Below the pieces are notes generated by a model. That model made no database searches. It saw only the letters and a list, made by a program, of their open reading frames with translations, and had not been told where the DNA came from. The translations under genes were made by a program, and so were the position numbers. From NCBI GenBank assembly GCA_017469925.1, contig JAFUFK010000003.1:13281-77280 (forward strand): 64,000 nt of DNA. The letters run 5' to 3'. Within the stretch, counting starts at the first letter, position 1. Each line of letters opens with the position of its first letter. Below, piece by piece: positions 16,147-25,653 of this stretch. The DNA is from Bacteroidaceae bacterium. Its GTDB lineage: Bacteria > Bacteroidota > Bacteroidia > Bacteroidales > Bacteroidaceae.

Positions 16147-17048
16147 TCCAGTTCCTCTCTGCCGAAGCGTTTCACGTCGTCGATGACCTTCAGAAGATAC
16201 TGGCCATACTGGTTCTTCAGCATCGGCTGGGCCAACTGGCGCATCCGCTCCTCCGTAATCCAGCCGCGGCGGTAGGCAATGCCTTCGAGACAGGCCACCT
16301 TTAGCCCCTGACGCTTCTCGAGCACCTCGATGTAGGTCGAGGCCTCGGAGAGCGATTCGTGGGTGCCCGTATCGAGCCAGGCAAAGCCGCGTCCGAGGGT
16401 GAGCACCTTCAGGTCGCCATCGCGCAGGAACTCCTGATTGACGGTCGTAATCTCCAGTTCGCCACGAGCCGAGGGTTTGATATGGGCGGCCACGTCGAGC
16501 ACACGATTGGGATAGAAGTAGAGGCCCACGACGGCGTAGTTCGACTTCGGCTGGGCGGGTTTCTCCTCTATCGAAAGGCAGTTGCCCTGGCGGTCGAACT
16601 CGGCCACGCCATAGCGCTCGGGGTCGTTGACCCAGTAGCCGAAGACGGTGGCCTTCTGCTCCTCCTCGGCCGTCTTCACGGCCTGTTGCAACAACTGCGA
16701 AAAGCCTGCTCCGTGGAAGATGTTATCGCCCAGGACCAGACAGACACAATCGTCGCCCACGAAGTCGTGGCCGATGATGAAGGCCTGCGCCAGTCCGTCG
16801 GGGCTCGGCTGCTCGGCATACTCGAAGCGTACGCCAAAGTCGCTGCCATCGCCCAACAGGCGACGGAAGCCCGGCAGGTCGTGTGGTGTGGAGATAATCA
16901 GGATTTCACGGATTCCCGCAGTCATTAGCACCGAGATGGGATAGTAAATCATGGGCTTGTCGTAGATGGGGAGCATCTGCTTCGAAACACCTTTCGTAAT
17001 CGGGTAGAGGCGCGTTCCACTGCCTCCTGCTAAGACGATTCCTTTCAT
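16143..17048 (-). CDS. rfbA: glucose-1-phosphate thymidylyltransferase
   Basis: [37 protein letters not shown]... is a canonical RmlA N-terminus. Confidence 0.9.
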   Translation of the reverse strand: MKGIVLAGGSGTRLYPITKGVSKQMLPIYDKPMIYYPISVLMTAGIREILIISTPHDLPGFRRLLGDGSDFGVRFEYAEQPSPDGLAQAFIIGHDFVGDDCVCLVLGDNIFHGAGFSQLLQQAVKTAEEEQKATVFGYWVNDPERYGVAEFDRQGNCLSIEEKPAQPKSNYAVVGLYFYPNRVLDVAAHIKPSARGELEITTVNQEFLRDGDLKVLTLGRGFAWLDTGTHESLSEASTYIEVLEKRQGLKVACLEGIAYRRGWITEERMRQLAQPMLKNQYGQYLLKVIDDVKRFGREELE

Positions 17049-17068
17049 GGTTCGGCGGTTTTGTTATA

Positions 17069-17076
17069 CAAAAGTA
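17069..17076 (-). promoter_or_regulatory. -7 promoter box (TACTTTTG on the minus strand) for rfbADB
   Basis: Matches the TAnnTTTG consensus, 21 nt upstream of the rfbA start. Confidence 0.45.
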
Positions 17077-17133
17077 CGCTTTTTATATATTAATAACGAA
17101 AGAATGGGCCTAAAAGTGTATGGAAAGGGAAAA

Positions 17134-17168
17134 AATTGTCAATTATCAATTGTCAATTATTAATTATT
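17134..17168. repeat. 7-nt-periodic tandem repeat (AATTRTY x5) directly upstream of the tRNA-Ser promoter box
   Basis: AATTGTC AATTATC AATTGTC AATTATT AATTATT, ending 4 nt before TACCTTTG. Confidence 0.85.
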
Positions 17169-17171
17169 TAT

Positions 17172-17179
17172 TACCTTTG
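17172..17179 (+). promoter_or_regulatory. -7 promoter box (TACCTTTG) for tRNA-Ser
   Basis: Matches the TAnnTTTG consensus, 16 nt upstream of the mature tRNA 5' end. Confidence 0.6.
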
Positions 17180-17194
17180 CACTCGAATTCGCAA

Positions 17195-17281
17195 GGAGAG
17201 ATGCCAGAGTGGTCGAATGGACCGCACTCGAAATGCGGCGTACGGGCGACTGTACCCTGGGTTCGAATCCCAGTCTCTCCG
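17195..17281 (+). tRNA. tRNA-Ser (anticodon CGA), class II with long variable arm
   Basis: Acceptor GGAGAGA/TCTCTCC. Anticodon stem CCGCA/TGCGG with loop CTCGAAA. Long variable arm. T arm CTGGG-TTCGAAT-CCCAG. No encoded CCA. Confidence 0.85.
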
Positions 17282-17288
17282 CTTCAGA

Positions 17289-17317
17289 AGCAGAACCCCC
17301 TCGGTTCTGCTTTTTTT
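17289..17317 (+). terminator. intrinsic terminator after tRNA-Ser
   Basis: Stem AGCAGAACC / GGTTCTGCT with a 5-nt loop, followed by TTTTTTT. Confidence 0.65.
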
Positions 17318-17324
17318 ATCCGTA

Positions 17325-17924
17325 TCAGAATCGGACACCGAAGGTGGCCATGAGGTCGTGGAGGCGCTTGTGGCCCGTGGTCAGTCCGTGGGTCGCCTTG
17401 ACGTTGAGCAGGCCAATGTTGGCCTCGATACCGAAACGGGCCCACTTGTACTCGTACATAAGACTGGGCTGGAGCCCCAGGGAGAAAGGCTTGATTTTCG
17501 TCTGTCCGTTGTGTGGGTCAGTGGGGTCGGCGTCGATGTAATACTCGTCGTTCTGCACACAGAAGGAAAATACGGGACCAAGGCCCAGAGCCCAACTGCC
17601 CGCGCCATCGGAGAGGTGGAACTGGGCCATGACGGGAACGTCGAGGAAGAGGAAGGAGTCGTAGTCGCCACCATCCTCGTCCAGATGAAAGAGGGCCACC
17701 GACGACGACCTGAAAGCAACGCCGGGCATTAGGGAAAATCGCGGAGAGAAGTAATGGTTGAGCCCATAGCCCAGGCAGACGGAGAGTCCCCGGTCGGTTT
17801 CGTAGTCGGCGTGGTCGATAAAGAGTCCGGCCGAGGCGTAGATGGTATGCTCCCAACGGCGGTCTTGTGCCCGCAGGCCCATGAAGGGCAGGAGAACGAA
17901 GAATACGAGCGAAAGGTGTTTCAT
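17325..17924 (-). CDS. small outer-membrane beta-barrel protein
   Basis: Signal MKHLSLVFFVLLPFMGLRAQ, alternating beta-strand pattern, C-terminal ...LMATFGVRF. Confidence 0.6.
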   Translation of the reverse strand: MKHLSLVFFVLLPFMGLRAQDRRWEHTIYASAGLFIDHADYETDRGLSVCLGYGLNHYFSPRFSLMPGVAFRSSSVALFHLDEDGGDYDSFLFLDVPVMAQFHLSDGAGSWALGLGPVFSFCVQNDEYYIDADPTDPHNGQTKIKPFSLGLQPSLMYEYKWARFGIEANIGLLNVKATHGLTTGHKRLHDLMATFGVRF

Positions 17925-17954
17925 GTTCGTGCGTTTTTATTGGATTTAGCGGAG

Positions 17955-17962
17955 CAAAAGTA
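17955..17962 (-). promoter_or_regulatory. -7 promoter box (TACTTTTG on the minus strand) for the 17325-17924 gene
   Basis: Matches the TAnnTTTG consensus, 31 nt upstream of the start codon at 17924. Confidence 0.45.
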
Positions 17963-18030
17963 GGCTTTCCGACTGACGTGGACAAATTTTCCGTGTCGCA
18001 ATGTGTCGCGTTGCAACAAGGTGAGACGGA

Positions 18031-18876
18031 TTACCGGCCGACCACCTCGCGAAGCCAACGAAGGAAGGCCGGCTTCCACTGCCGGCACTCCTCAGTGCCC
18101 CTCTCCTCGCTGGCGCCAAAGCCGTGGCCGCCCGTACGATAGCGGATGTAGCGATGGGGAACGCCCTGTGCCGTCAGGGCCGAGTCGAGCAACTGGGCGT
18201 TGCGGGGATGGACCACGGGGTCGTCGTCGCAATTGACAAGGAAGACGGGCGGGCAGTCGCGAGGCACGTGCCGTTCGAGCGAAAGGGAGTCACGCAACGC
18301 CTGATGGTGCTTGCCGTACTCACCCAAAAGGGCACGGCGCGAACGCTTGTGGGCACACGGTTCGGCCATCGTGACAACGGGATAGATGGAAGCTACGAAG
18401 TCGGGCCGAAGGGAGGTGGTGTCGGTATGAGTAGCCGTAAAGTCGGTGGCCGACAGTTCTGCACCGAGCATGGCCAGATGGCCTCCGGCCGAGAAGCCCA
18501 TCACCCCGATGCGGTCGGCTGGCAGCCCATAAGCCTCGGCCTGAAGACGTAAGGTGAGGATGGCCTCCTGAAGGTCGGCAATCTGGTCGGGATGTCGATG
18601 GCCGCGAACCAGCAGTCGGGCGTGGGTAATGAAAGCCGGCACACCCTGTACCCGATACTTTAAGACGAAGGCAGCAATGCCATTGGCCTGAAGCCAACGG
18701 GCCACGGTGTGGCCCTCGGTGGACATGTCGAGCCACGAGTAACTGCCGCCCGGACAGACGATGACAGCCGCCCAAGGGCGGCCCTCGGGCAGATAGGGAA
18801 TGAGGTCGGGGGTTCGCCCCGTCGCCCCTCGGGCAATGGTGAATAGGAGAAGGAGGAGGAAGGGACGTAGGTTCAT
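18031..18876 (-). CDS. alpha/beta hydrolase (esterase/lipase type), last gene of the long cluster
   Basis: ORF 18031-18912 trimmed to the ATG at 18876, which forms an ATGA overlap with the upstream stop. It has a signal-like N-terminus, the nucleophile elbow GFSAGGHLA, and a C-terminal GGHGFG histidine region. Confidence 0.7.
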   Translation of the reverse strand: MNLRPFLLLLLFTIARGATGRTPDLIPYLPEGRPWAAVIVCPGGSYSWLDMSTEGHTVARWLQANGIAAFVLKYRVQGVPAFITHARLLVRGHRHPDQIADLQEAILTLRLQAEAYGLPADRIGVMGFSAGGHLAMLGAELSATDFTATHTDTTSLRPDFVASIYPVVTMAEPCAHKRSRRALLGEYGKHHQALRDSLSLERHVPRDCPPVFLVNCDDDPVVHPRNAQLLDSALTAQGVPHRYIRYRTGGHGFGASEERGTEECRQWKPAFLRWLREVVGR

Positions 18877-19940
18877 GCGTCGAGTTGGATGTTTGGGGGC
18901 AGATTGGGACAACGGGCATAGAGGCGACGTAGGTTGGCCTGGGCAGTAGGCTGGCCGGGAACTACCGTAGTATCGGGATGGACGAGGGCATAGAGCAGGG
19001 TTATGACACCTGAGAGGTCGTTTCCCTCCACAAAGGCGAGTTGTTCGGGACTGCCTGCATCGACGTAGTCCACATAACCATCGTGGGCACGTAACTCACG
19101 CTCCGCCTGCCGACGAAGGCCGATGCGCGAGAACATTTCGGGCAAGAAGTAGCGGAAGTAGGCGCCCGTCTCCGTCCGTTGGCAAAGGGCTTCGTAATGT
19201 TCCTGGAAGTAGCGGTGGAGGGAACGGGTGCGTGCCTTCACGTCGTTGCCCCACGAACGGTCGTCGGCCTTGATGCGCTGGCCTATCTCGACGTGCAGTG
19301 CAGCATGGTTGCTATAGTTGACGCCCACGGGCATAACGTGGCCCGGACCATGGATAACAATGGGCAGGATGTCGATACCCAACTGTTCGGCAATCCAAAG
19401 AGGGCCCTGGTGGAAGCGACGGATACTGCACGTACGCGAACGCATGCCTTCGGCAAAGATGATGACGGAATAGCCGCGCGACGTGCGGTCGCGGAAGTAG
19501 TCGAGCCGTTCTTCCATACTACTGGCCAAAGGGAAGTAGTCGGCATAGCGGAAGACGCGCGAAACGACGGGCGTGTGCCACACCTTCTCGTTCATTACCA
19601 TCAGGATGCGAGGCGAGAGGGGCAAGAGACAGAGGGGGTCGAGGGTCGATTGGTGGTTGCAGATTATGATGGACCCGCGCTCGAAGGTCTCGCCATGGGG
19701 ATTATCGACAGTGAGACTGAGCCAGGGATGGGCTTTGATGTTCCAACGGAACACCTGCTGGATGCGGCGATGGATGTCGAACCGAGTGGCTTCACTGACA
19801 GGACCACGGCGCAGGGTTATGCGTGTCAACCCGACGTATATACCATAGAAAATCTCTCCGAAAAAGACTACAGCCGAAGCCACTTGCAGGAGGAAGCGGC
19901 GCAGGGTCATGGGGAGGTCTATGAAGGGGTTGGTTCTCAT
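18873..19940 (-). CDS. PlsC-type lysophospholipid/glycerolipid acyltransferase with N-terminal TM segment
   Basis: HX4D motif in CNHQSTLDP, and FAEGMRS (the EGTR-like block). Confidence 0.7.
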   Translation of the reverse strand: MRTNPFIDLPMTLRRFLLQVASAVVFFGEIFYGIYVGLTRITLRRGPVSEATRFDIHRRIQQVFRWNIKAHPWLSLTVDNPHGETFERGSIIICNHQSTLDPLCLLPLSPRILMVMNEKVWHTPVVSRVFRYADYFPLASSMEERLDYFRDRTSRGYSVIIFAEGMRSRTCSIRRFHQGPLWIAEQLGIDILPIVIHGPGHVMPVGVNYSNHAALHVEIGQRIKADDRSWGNDVKARTRSLHRYFQEHYEALCQRTETGAYFRYFLPEMFSRIGLRRQAERELRAHDGYVDYVDAGSPEQLAFVEGNDLSGVITLLYALVHPDTTVVPGQPTAQANLRRLYARCPNLPPNIQLDA

Positions 19941-21265
19941 CAGGATTTGTAGTGTTTGCGGTTGAGTTTGCCATTGAAGGTACGCTCCACTTGGGCGACA
20001 GGCTCATAGAGTTGGGGCACCTTGTAGGGCTCGAGTCGCGACAGGAGGTGGCGGGCCAGATCGCGCTTGCGCAGTTCATGGCCCTCGCTGAGCACTACCA
20101 GCAGGCGCAGGGCCTGGCCCGTGACAGGATGGGGGACAGCCGTACAGATGCAGTCGTGCACCATCGGATGGGAGAGGGCTGCGTCCTCGACCTCAACGGG
20201 AGAGACCTTAAACCCACCAACATTGATGACATCGTCGTCGCGCCCTTGCAGGTGGAGACGGCCCTCGGAGTCGATGCGACCCACGTCGCTGGTGTAGAGT
20301 GTCCCATCCCGCAGGACCTCGGACGTACGAACCGGATTATCGACATAGCCGCTCATGAGCGTATCGCCCTGACAGGCAATGGTGCCCTCGGGGGTGATGA
20401 ACAGGCGGGAGTGGGGCATCGAGCGTCCCAAGCAACCTGCTACGCAGCCGTCGTGGCTATAGCAGTGAGTGGCAATGATACCAGTCTCGGTAGAGGCGTA
20501 CGTGTTGTAGAGACGGGTGTGGGGCAGGAGGTCACAGAGTGCTCGCATATCGGCCTCGGCCATGGGCGCCGCACCCGTCTCGATGAAATCCAGACGGTCG
20601 GCCAAGGCCTGTAGGCGGTCGGCAGCAAACTGCAACAGAATGCGCAAGTTGGCCGGTACCAGGAAGGTGGCAAAACGGGAGAAGGGCAACTGGAAGGCAG
20701 CAAAGAAGTCGTCGAGATTCTTCATACCTTGAAGGATGATGAGGGTGGAACCCGTCATTACCACAGGGAAAATCTTCGAAAGACTGCCGATATGGTTGAG
20801 CGGCCCGGCAATGACGAAGGCTACGTCGGGGCAGAAGCCTTGCGAGGCAATGAGGTTTTCGCCGTCGGCCACAATGGCGCGATGGCTAATCATGACGCCC
20901 TTGGCATCGCCCGTAGTACCCGTTGTGTAGAGTACGTCGGCTGTATCGGAAGCCACTGGGCAACCCTTGAGCCACGAGGAGACAGCAGCAAAGCGCTCGT
21001 CGGACAGACCGCACTCCAGCGGGGCTGCGGCTGCACCCAGCAGATGGACGGCAAAGTAGGTAAGAAGGAAATCTATCGACTGACTGGTGCGAAACGGGAA
21101 AATCTGGCCTTCCCGCAATCCGTCCTCATGGAGCTGACGGGCACGAGACCGTACCCTATGATACAGTTGAGCATAGGTCAGCGACTCCCCACCACAGACA
21201 ACAGCCAGGCAGTCGGGCCGCTGCTCGGCGTGTTCCGAGAGGTAAGTTTCCAGCGTGGGTTTCAT
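19940..21265 (-). CDS. class I adenylate-forming (AMP-dependent) acyl/aryl ligase
   Basis: AMP-binding core LYTTGTTGDAKGVMISH, YASTETG, GDVGRIDSEGRLHLQGRDDDVINVGGFKV. Confidence 0.8.
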   Translation of the reverse strand: MKPTLETYLSEHAEQRPDCLAVVCGGESLTYAQLYHRVRSRARQLHEDGLREGQIFPFRTSQSIDFLLTYFAVHLLGAAAAPLECGLSDERFAAVSSWLKGCPVASDTADVLYTTGTTGDAKGVMISHRAIVADGENLIASQGFCPDVAFVIAGPLNHIGSLSKIFPVVMTGSTLIILQGMKNLDDFFAAFQLPFSRFATFLVPANLRILLQFAADRLQALADRLDFIETGAAPMAEADMRALCDLLPHTRLYNTYASTETGIIATHCYSHDGCVAGCLGRSMPHSRLFITPEGTIACQGDTLMSGYVDNPVRTSEVLRDGTLYTSDVGRIDSEGRLHLQGRDDDVINVGGFKVSPVEVEDAALSHPMVHDCICTAVPHPVTGQALRLLVVLSEGHELRKRDLARHLLSRLEPYKVPQLYEPVAQVERTFNGKLNRKHYKS

Positions 21266-21489
21266 GGGCGGGCGGCGAGTTTCTGCTCCACCATGCGGAC
21301 GATATTGTCGAGGTTGCGCAGGTTCTTGGGTGTGGCATCACGAGAGTCGAGTTCGATTCCGTACTCTTCGGAGAGGGTCATCAGGATGTTGGTGACACCG
21401 AGCGAGTCGAGTTCGCTGTAAAGGAACTCAGATTCAACATCGACCAGGGGGAGGGCTTCTTCGAGAAGCTGTTTTATTTGTTCACGCAT
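21262..21489 (-). CDS. acyl carrier protein (third ACP of the cluster)
   Basis: 75 aa with the phosphopantetheine site LDSLGV in SELDSLGVTNILMTL. It has an ATGA overlap with the ligase gene. Confidence 0.75.
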   Translation of the reverse strand: MREQIKQLLEEALPLVDVESEFLYSELDSLGVTNILMTLSEEYGIELDSRDATPKNLRNLDNIVRMVEQKLAARP

Positions 21490-21492
21490 GAT

Positions 21493-22650
21493 TTATAAAT
21501 GAGAGGTGAGAGGATTAGAAGTGAATAACATTTTCGATTCGATGGGGTTGGCATAGATGCCGAGAAAGATTTCAAAGAGAGTCTCGACGTCGGACGACTC
21601 CTCGTACTGGCAGAGACGACGCATACGGTGGAGGAAGGCCTGCTTCTGCTCCTCGGTGTATTCGTGGCTGTAGGCCTCGTTGCCATAGAGCAGGTCGTGG
21701 GCAATGTAGTTATTGGGCGTCAGGCGATAGGCAGTGCAGATACGCTCATCGAGAAGGGTGGCCACATGGCGGTGGAAATCGCCTGACGTGCATGACTCCC
21801 ACTGGGTCAGTTCGTCGCGAGAGATAGGGCGACAGAACTCCATGTGCACACGTCCCTTCGGTTGCACGATGCCTGTCAGGATACTATTGAGGTCCTCGCC
21901 GGGCTTCTTTGTGTAGGGACCGCGACGGCGCTCGTAAAGTTCGAGCGTCTTCAGTATATCGCACGACTCCCATTCGTAGGAGACGGATACGGGCACGAGG
22001 TGGAGTTGGGCCAAAGCCTCAACCTTGTCGCCCGAATAGCTCATACCAAACATCTTAATGATGCCTTGGTCGGTGCGGTCGATACCATCCTTCGTACGGC
22101 CGTTGCGCTGAGCTATCCACACCGAATGGCGGTCGTCGGTAATCACCTTCCGCATGTACTCCGACAGATGGCACGAGGCACGATAGAACTCGCGTACGTT
22201 AGTGCCGGGGCGCTCGACGCGGAACATGCGATTCGACTTGCCTATATCTACCACCAATTGTCCCTGCATCAGGTTGGCCCCAAAGGTTATTTCCGTAGTC
22301 TCGAACCCGTTACTGACCAAGAGGTATTGCATGAGCGACGAGTCGAGCATGATGTCGCGGTGGTTCGACACGTACATATAACTGCCCGAAGGTGACAGGT
22401 GTTCGAGTCCGCCAAAGGTCAGTTCCGTAATGCTGCGACGGATAACCTGGCGGTTGACCTCCATCATCACCGTATGCTGAAAGTCGCGGATGTTATCGTA
22501 ACTGCGTACCCGCTGGCGCACGGTATTGAGGTCGTCGTCAGGATAGACGTAAGAGGCCAGCAGGGGGAAGGTGGCATTGTCGGCAATACGATGCATAGCT
22601 TCCGATATCTCAGAATCGTAATAGGGGCGTATATCGTCAAACTTTTCCAT
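21493..22650 (-). CDS. glycerolipid-type acyltransferase (HX4D family)
   Basis: ORF 21493-22689 trimmed to the ATG at 22650 (MEKFDDIRPYY). HX4D motif in VSNHRDIMLDSS. The C-terminus ...NPLTSHL runs into a GTGAGAG-type repeat. Confidence 0.6.
   Translation of the reverse strand: MEKFDDIRPYYDSEISEAMHRIADNATFPLLASYVYPDDDLNTVRQRVRSYDNIRDFQHTVMMEVNRQVIRRSITELTFGGLEHLSPSGSYMYVSNHRDIMLDSSLMQYLLVSNGFETTEITFGANLMQGQLVVDIGKSNRMFRVERPGTNVREFYRASCHLSEYMRKVITDDRHSVWIAQRNGRTKDGIDRTDQGIIKMFGMSYSGDKVEALAQLHLVPVSVSYEWESCDILKTLELYERRRGPYTKKPGEDLNSILTGIVQPKGRVHMEFCRPISRDELTQWESCTSGDFHRHVATLLDERICTAYRLTPNNYIAHDLLYGNEAYSHEYTEEQKQAFLHRMRRLCQYEESSDVETLFEIFLGIYANPIESKMLFTSNPLTSHL
21499..21526. repeat. 7-nt-periodic repeat (ATGAGAG GTGAGAG GATTAGA AGTGAAT) at the acyltransferase/ACP junction
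   Basis: It has the same GTGAGAG unit as the tracts at 1229-1281 (reverse complement) and 27009-27064. It covers the last codons of the acyltransferase gene, just after its stop at 21493-21495. The ACP start (21489) is 9 nt beyond the array. Confidence 0.6.
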
Positions 22651-24163
22651 GTTCGTGATGAGTAGGGTTAATTTGTTCGAGCAGCACACCTGGGCCTAAG
22701 ATGGCCTCAGCCGTGACAATGGCCGTCAGGGGCACTCCGCAGATACCGTGGAGGTAGATGTTCTGCCCTGTGAGCAAGAGGTTGCGAAGTTTCGTGGCAA
22801 TGTGAAGCTGCGAGAGGGCCATATTCTCGCAATCCTGACGATAGCCGTAGAGGGTGCCCTCCTTAGAGCCATAGTAGTCGCGAATCGTCAGAGGAGAGGC
22901 TGCAAACCGATACTCCACACAGTCGGAAATGCCTGGAAGGAGGCGTTCGAGCTTGGCCATAATGCGCTGTACATTCCACTCCTTCCATGCCTCGTATTCC
23001 GGTCCGCGATGGGTCACCGTGGTATCGGTCCACTGGCGCACCTCGTCGAACGACATCAAGCAGTTGACCGTCATACGTGAGGCGTAAGGGCCTTGCTTCT
23101 TGTCGGGCGGTGTCAGATACATGAAGCCCAAGGGCCAATCGGGGGCCTCATAGTTTTCGGCATGTTGCCACACCAATCCGTAGCGCTCTTGATAGTAGCA
23201 GGGATGGTTAACGTAGGGCACTGTACCGGGCCGGAACTTCAGATAGAGCACAAAGGCCGAATAGGTATTGGGAATCTCCTCCAGTCTCATACGATAGGCA
23301 CGAGGGAAGGCTCCCTCATCGGCCAATCGGAGCAGCGTCGTGGGGTGGATGTCCGACACATAGATGTCGCCCACATATTCTCGCCCCGAGCAGGTGATGA
23401 CCTTTTGCACCTGACGATCGGCGGTCGCGATGTGGACGACAGCATCGCTCGTCAGTACCTCACCACCTCTATCACGAATAACTTCGGCCAAGGCATCGGC
23501 CAAATGCTGGCCACCACCACCGAAGAGGCTGGAGCCCTCGATGTAGAGTACGTTTATCATGGCGTGGATGTAAGCCGGCGTATGTCCTGCCACCCCGCCG
23601 TACATGGGATTCATGTAGGCCAAAAGGTCCCGCAGACGAAAATCAGTCACGTATTGGGCTATCAACTGGTCGGCGGGCATCAGAAATTCGGGACCGTGGT
23701 CAACGAAGCCTTCAACTGGGCGCCGGAGATTAAAAAGGTCGATTTCATCGGCAATCCGGTAGAGTGTATCGACGTACCGACGCAGTCCTATCGCTTCCTC
23801 TGGGAAGAGGCCGGAAAGATAGGATACGAAGCGCTGACGCCCGCGAGGGATGCGGTAAGTGGTTGGTCCACCCTCCCAATAAGTAATTGCGTCGATGGCA
23901 TCATCGTCGGTTGGGCGAATGTTGAGAAGGTCCATGATGCCCAGATAGCGACATATCTTGTTCAGGCAACCTCCTTCCTGAAATCCACCCAGAATGTGCA
24001 TGCCCGTCTCGTAAAGTTCGCCCCTACGCATGAAACACTGAAGACCGCCACCAATGATGCGATTCTTCTCCAACACCGTCACGCGGCAACCATTCCTAGC
24101 CAACAGGGCACCCGTAAACAGCCCCCCTACTCCACCTCCGATGATGACTACATGCTTGTTCAT
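22637..24163 (-). CDS. FAD-dependent CrtI/phytoene-desaturase-family oxidoreductase
   Basis: N-terminal dinucleotide fold VVIIGGGVGGLFTGALLARNGCRVTVLEKN. About 500 aa, with CrtI-like length and C-terminal LLTGQNI..HGICG. Confidence 0.75.
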   Translation of the reverse strand: MNKHVVIIGGGVGGLFTGALLARNGCRVTVLEKNRIIGGGLQCFMRRGELYETGMHILGGFQEGGCLNKICRYLGIMDLLNIRPTDDDAIDAITYWEGGPTTYRIPRGRQRFVSYLSGLFPEEAIGLRRYVDTLYRIADEIDLFNLRRPVEGFVDHGPEFLMPADQLIAQYVTDFRLRDLLAYMNPMYGGVAGHTPAYIHAMINVLYIEGSSLFGGGGQHLADALAEVIRDRGGEVLTSDAVVHIATADRQVQKVITCSGREYVGDIYVSDIHPTTLLRLADEGAFPRAYRMRLEEIPNTYSAFVLYLKFRPGTVPYVNHPCYYQERYGLVWQHAENYEAPDWPLGFMYLTPPDKKQGPYASRMTVNCLMSFDEVRQWTDTTVTHRGPEYEAWKEWNVQRIMAKLERLLPGISDCVEYRFAASPLTIRDYYGSKEGTLYGYRQDCENMALSQLHIATKLRNLLLTGQNIYLHGICGVPLTAIVTAEAILGPGVLLEQINPTHHEHGKV

Positions 24164-25653
24164 TGGTTGGCCTCCATGATTTGGTTAAATACTGTCTGCG
24201 TGCCCAGAATGTCGGAACACGTAACGATAGTCCCTACCAATACACCTAAAACTCCGTGAGAATTGATGTTCTGGCCCGTAAGCAAGAGATTGGGAACCTT
24301 AGTGCGATGTGAAACGCGACCGGCAGTTCCCAGATGTATGTCCTTGGCCACGCCATAAAGGCTGCCCTCCTCCGTGCCTGTATAATCACGATAGGTAAGG
24401 GGCGTGGCAGTATAGTAATGGGCTACGGCCTGGCGCAGTCCGGGCATATCCTTCTCAAGGGCATCGAGCAAGCGCTCTGCCTTCAGGTGCTTAAAGTCTT
24501 CGTAGGCTTGTCCTCGATGCCCTACACAGGTGTCCTGCCACTGGCGCACATCGTCCATCTGCATGTAGGAAAGCACCACACCACTATGGGCATAACGGGG
24601 ATTCGGTTCGTTGCAGAAGTGCATGTAGAGATAACCCTTTGGCCACGTTGACTCATCATAATGCTCGCAGCCCCAGGGCGAGGGCTGATGATAGGCATAG
24701 AGATTGTGATTCATGTAGGGCATAGCCTCAGGGCGAAACTGGAGGAAAAGCGAGAAGGTAGAAATAGTGTTGGGTATAGCCTGGATGCGCTGGCGATAGG
24801 AGGGACGAAGTATCGGCGTATCCAACAATTCTAACATGCGACAGGGATGGATTCCCGCGATAACATAGTCGGCAGGTAGCAGGCGCTCGCCATTGACCTC
24901 AACAGCTGTGGCCTGCACCGAGTCACATAGTATCCGAGTAGCCTTGCTATTGACCAAGACCTCACCGCCATGGGCTTCTATCTGCCGCCGCAAAGCGTGG
25001 GCCAGTTGGTCGCTGCCTCCAACAAAACGATAAGCACCTTGGTTGTAGAAATCCATTACAAAGGCATGTGTGGCAAAGGGCGTTTTGTCACGTTCGGCGG
25101 CGTACAGGGGCAGATTGCCCACAAGTACACGGGCAAGGAGTGGATCGGTAATAACGCTGTCGATGACCTCGTTGATGCTACGAAGCATGTACTCTGTGCT
25201 CAAGACGGCATTGCCACGGTCGAAGCAAAGGGAATGCATCGACGACGAGCGTGCCACCTGGGCTACAAGGTCGTAATAGCAGGCCAGCTGGTCGGTCTGC
25301 GAAGGGAAATAGCTGCTCATCTGCTGGATGAAGGGGTCGCGACCATTGGCAAAACGGAACTGTTCGCCCCCGAGCGACACCACATCGTATCCATCGGCAT
25401 CAAGGGCTTGCAGACGAAGGTCGTCACGAATGCCCAAATAGCGGAACAACTTGTCCAGAATCTGCCCCTTGCCAGCCGAACCGATAAAATGCATACCCGT
25501 CTCGAAGCGGTTGCCCCGACGCACGAAGCATTGCAGGCAACCGCCCACATGCAATCCCTGTTCCAATACCGTTACCTGGAAACCATTGCGCGACAACAGA
25601 GCTCCACACGATAAGCCTCCAAGCCCACTGCCTATGACTACGATTCGCTTCAT
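24160..25653 (-). CDS. FAD-dependent CrtI/phytoene-desaturase-family oxidoreductase (paralog)
   Basis: IVVIGSGLGGLSCGALLSRNGFQVTVLEQG and C-terminal LLTGQNINSHGVLG. A paralog of the adjacent gene. Confidence 0.75.
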   Translation of the reverse strand: MKRIVVIGSGLGGLSCGALLSRNGFQVTVLEQGLHVGGCLQCFVRRGNRFETGMHFIGSAGKGQILDKLFRYLGIRDDLRLQALDADGYDVVSLGGEQFRFANGRDPFIQQMSSYFPSQTDQLACYYDLVAQVARSSSMHSLCFDRGNAVLSTEYMLRSINEVIDSVITDPLLARVLVGNLPLYAAERDKTPFATHAFVMDFYNQGAYRFVGGSDQLAHALRRQIEAHGGEVLVNSKATRILCDSVQATAVEVNGERLLPADYVIAGIHPCRMLELLDTPILRPSYRQRIQAIPNTISTFSLFLQFRPEAMPYMNHNLYAYHQPSPWGCEHYDESTWPKGYLYMHFCNEPNPRYAHSGVVLSYMQMDDVRQWQDTCVGHRGQAYEDFKHLKAERLLDALEKDMPGLRQAVAHYYTATPLTYRDYTGTEEGSLYGVAKDIHLGTAGRVSHRTKVPNLLLTGQNINSHGVLGVLVGTIVTCSDILGTQTVFNQIMEANQ

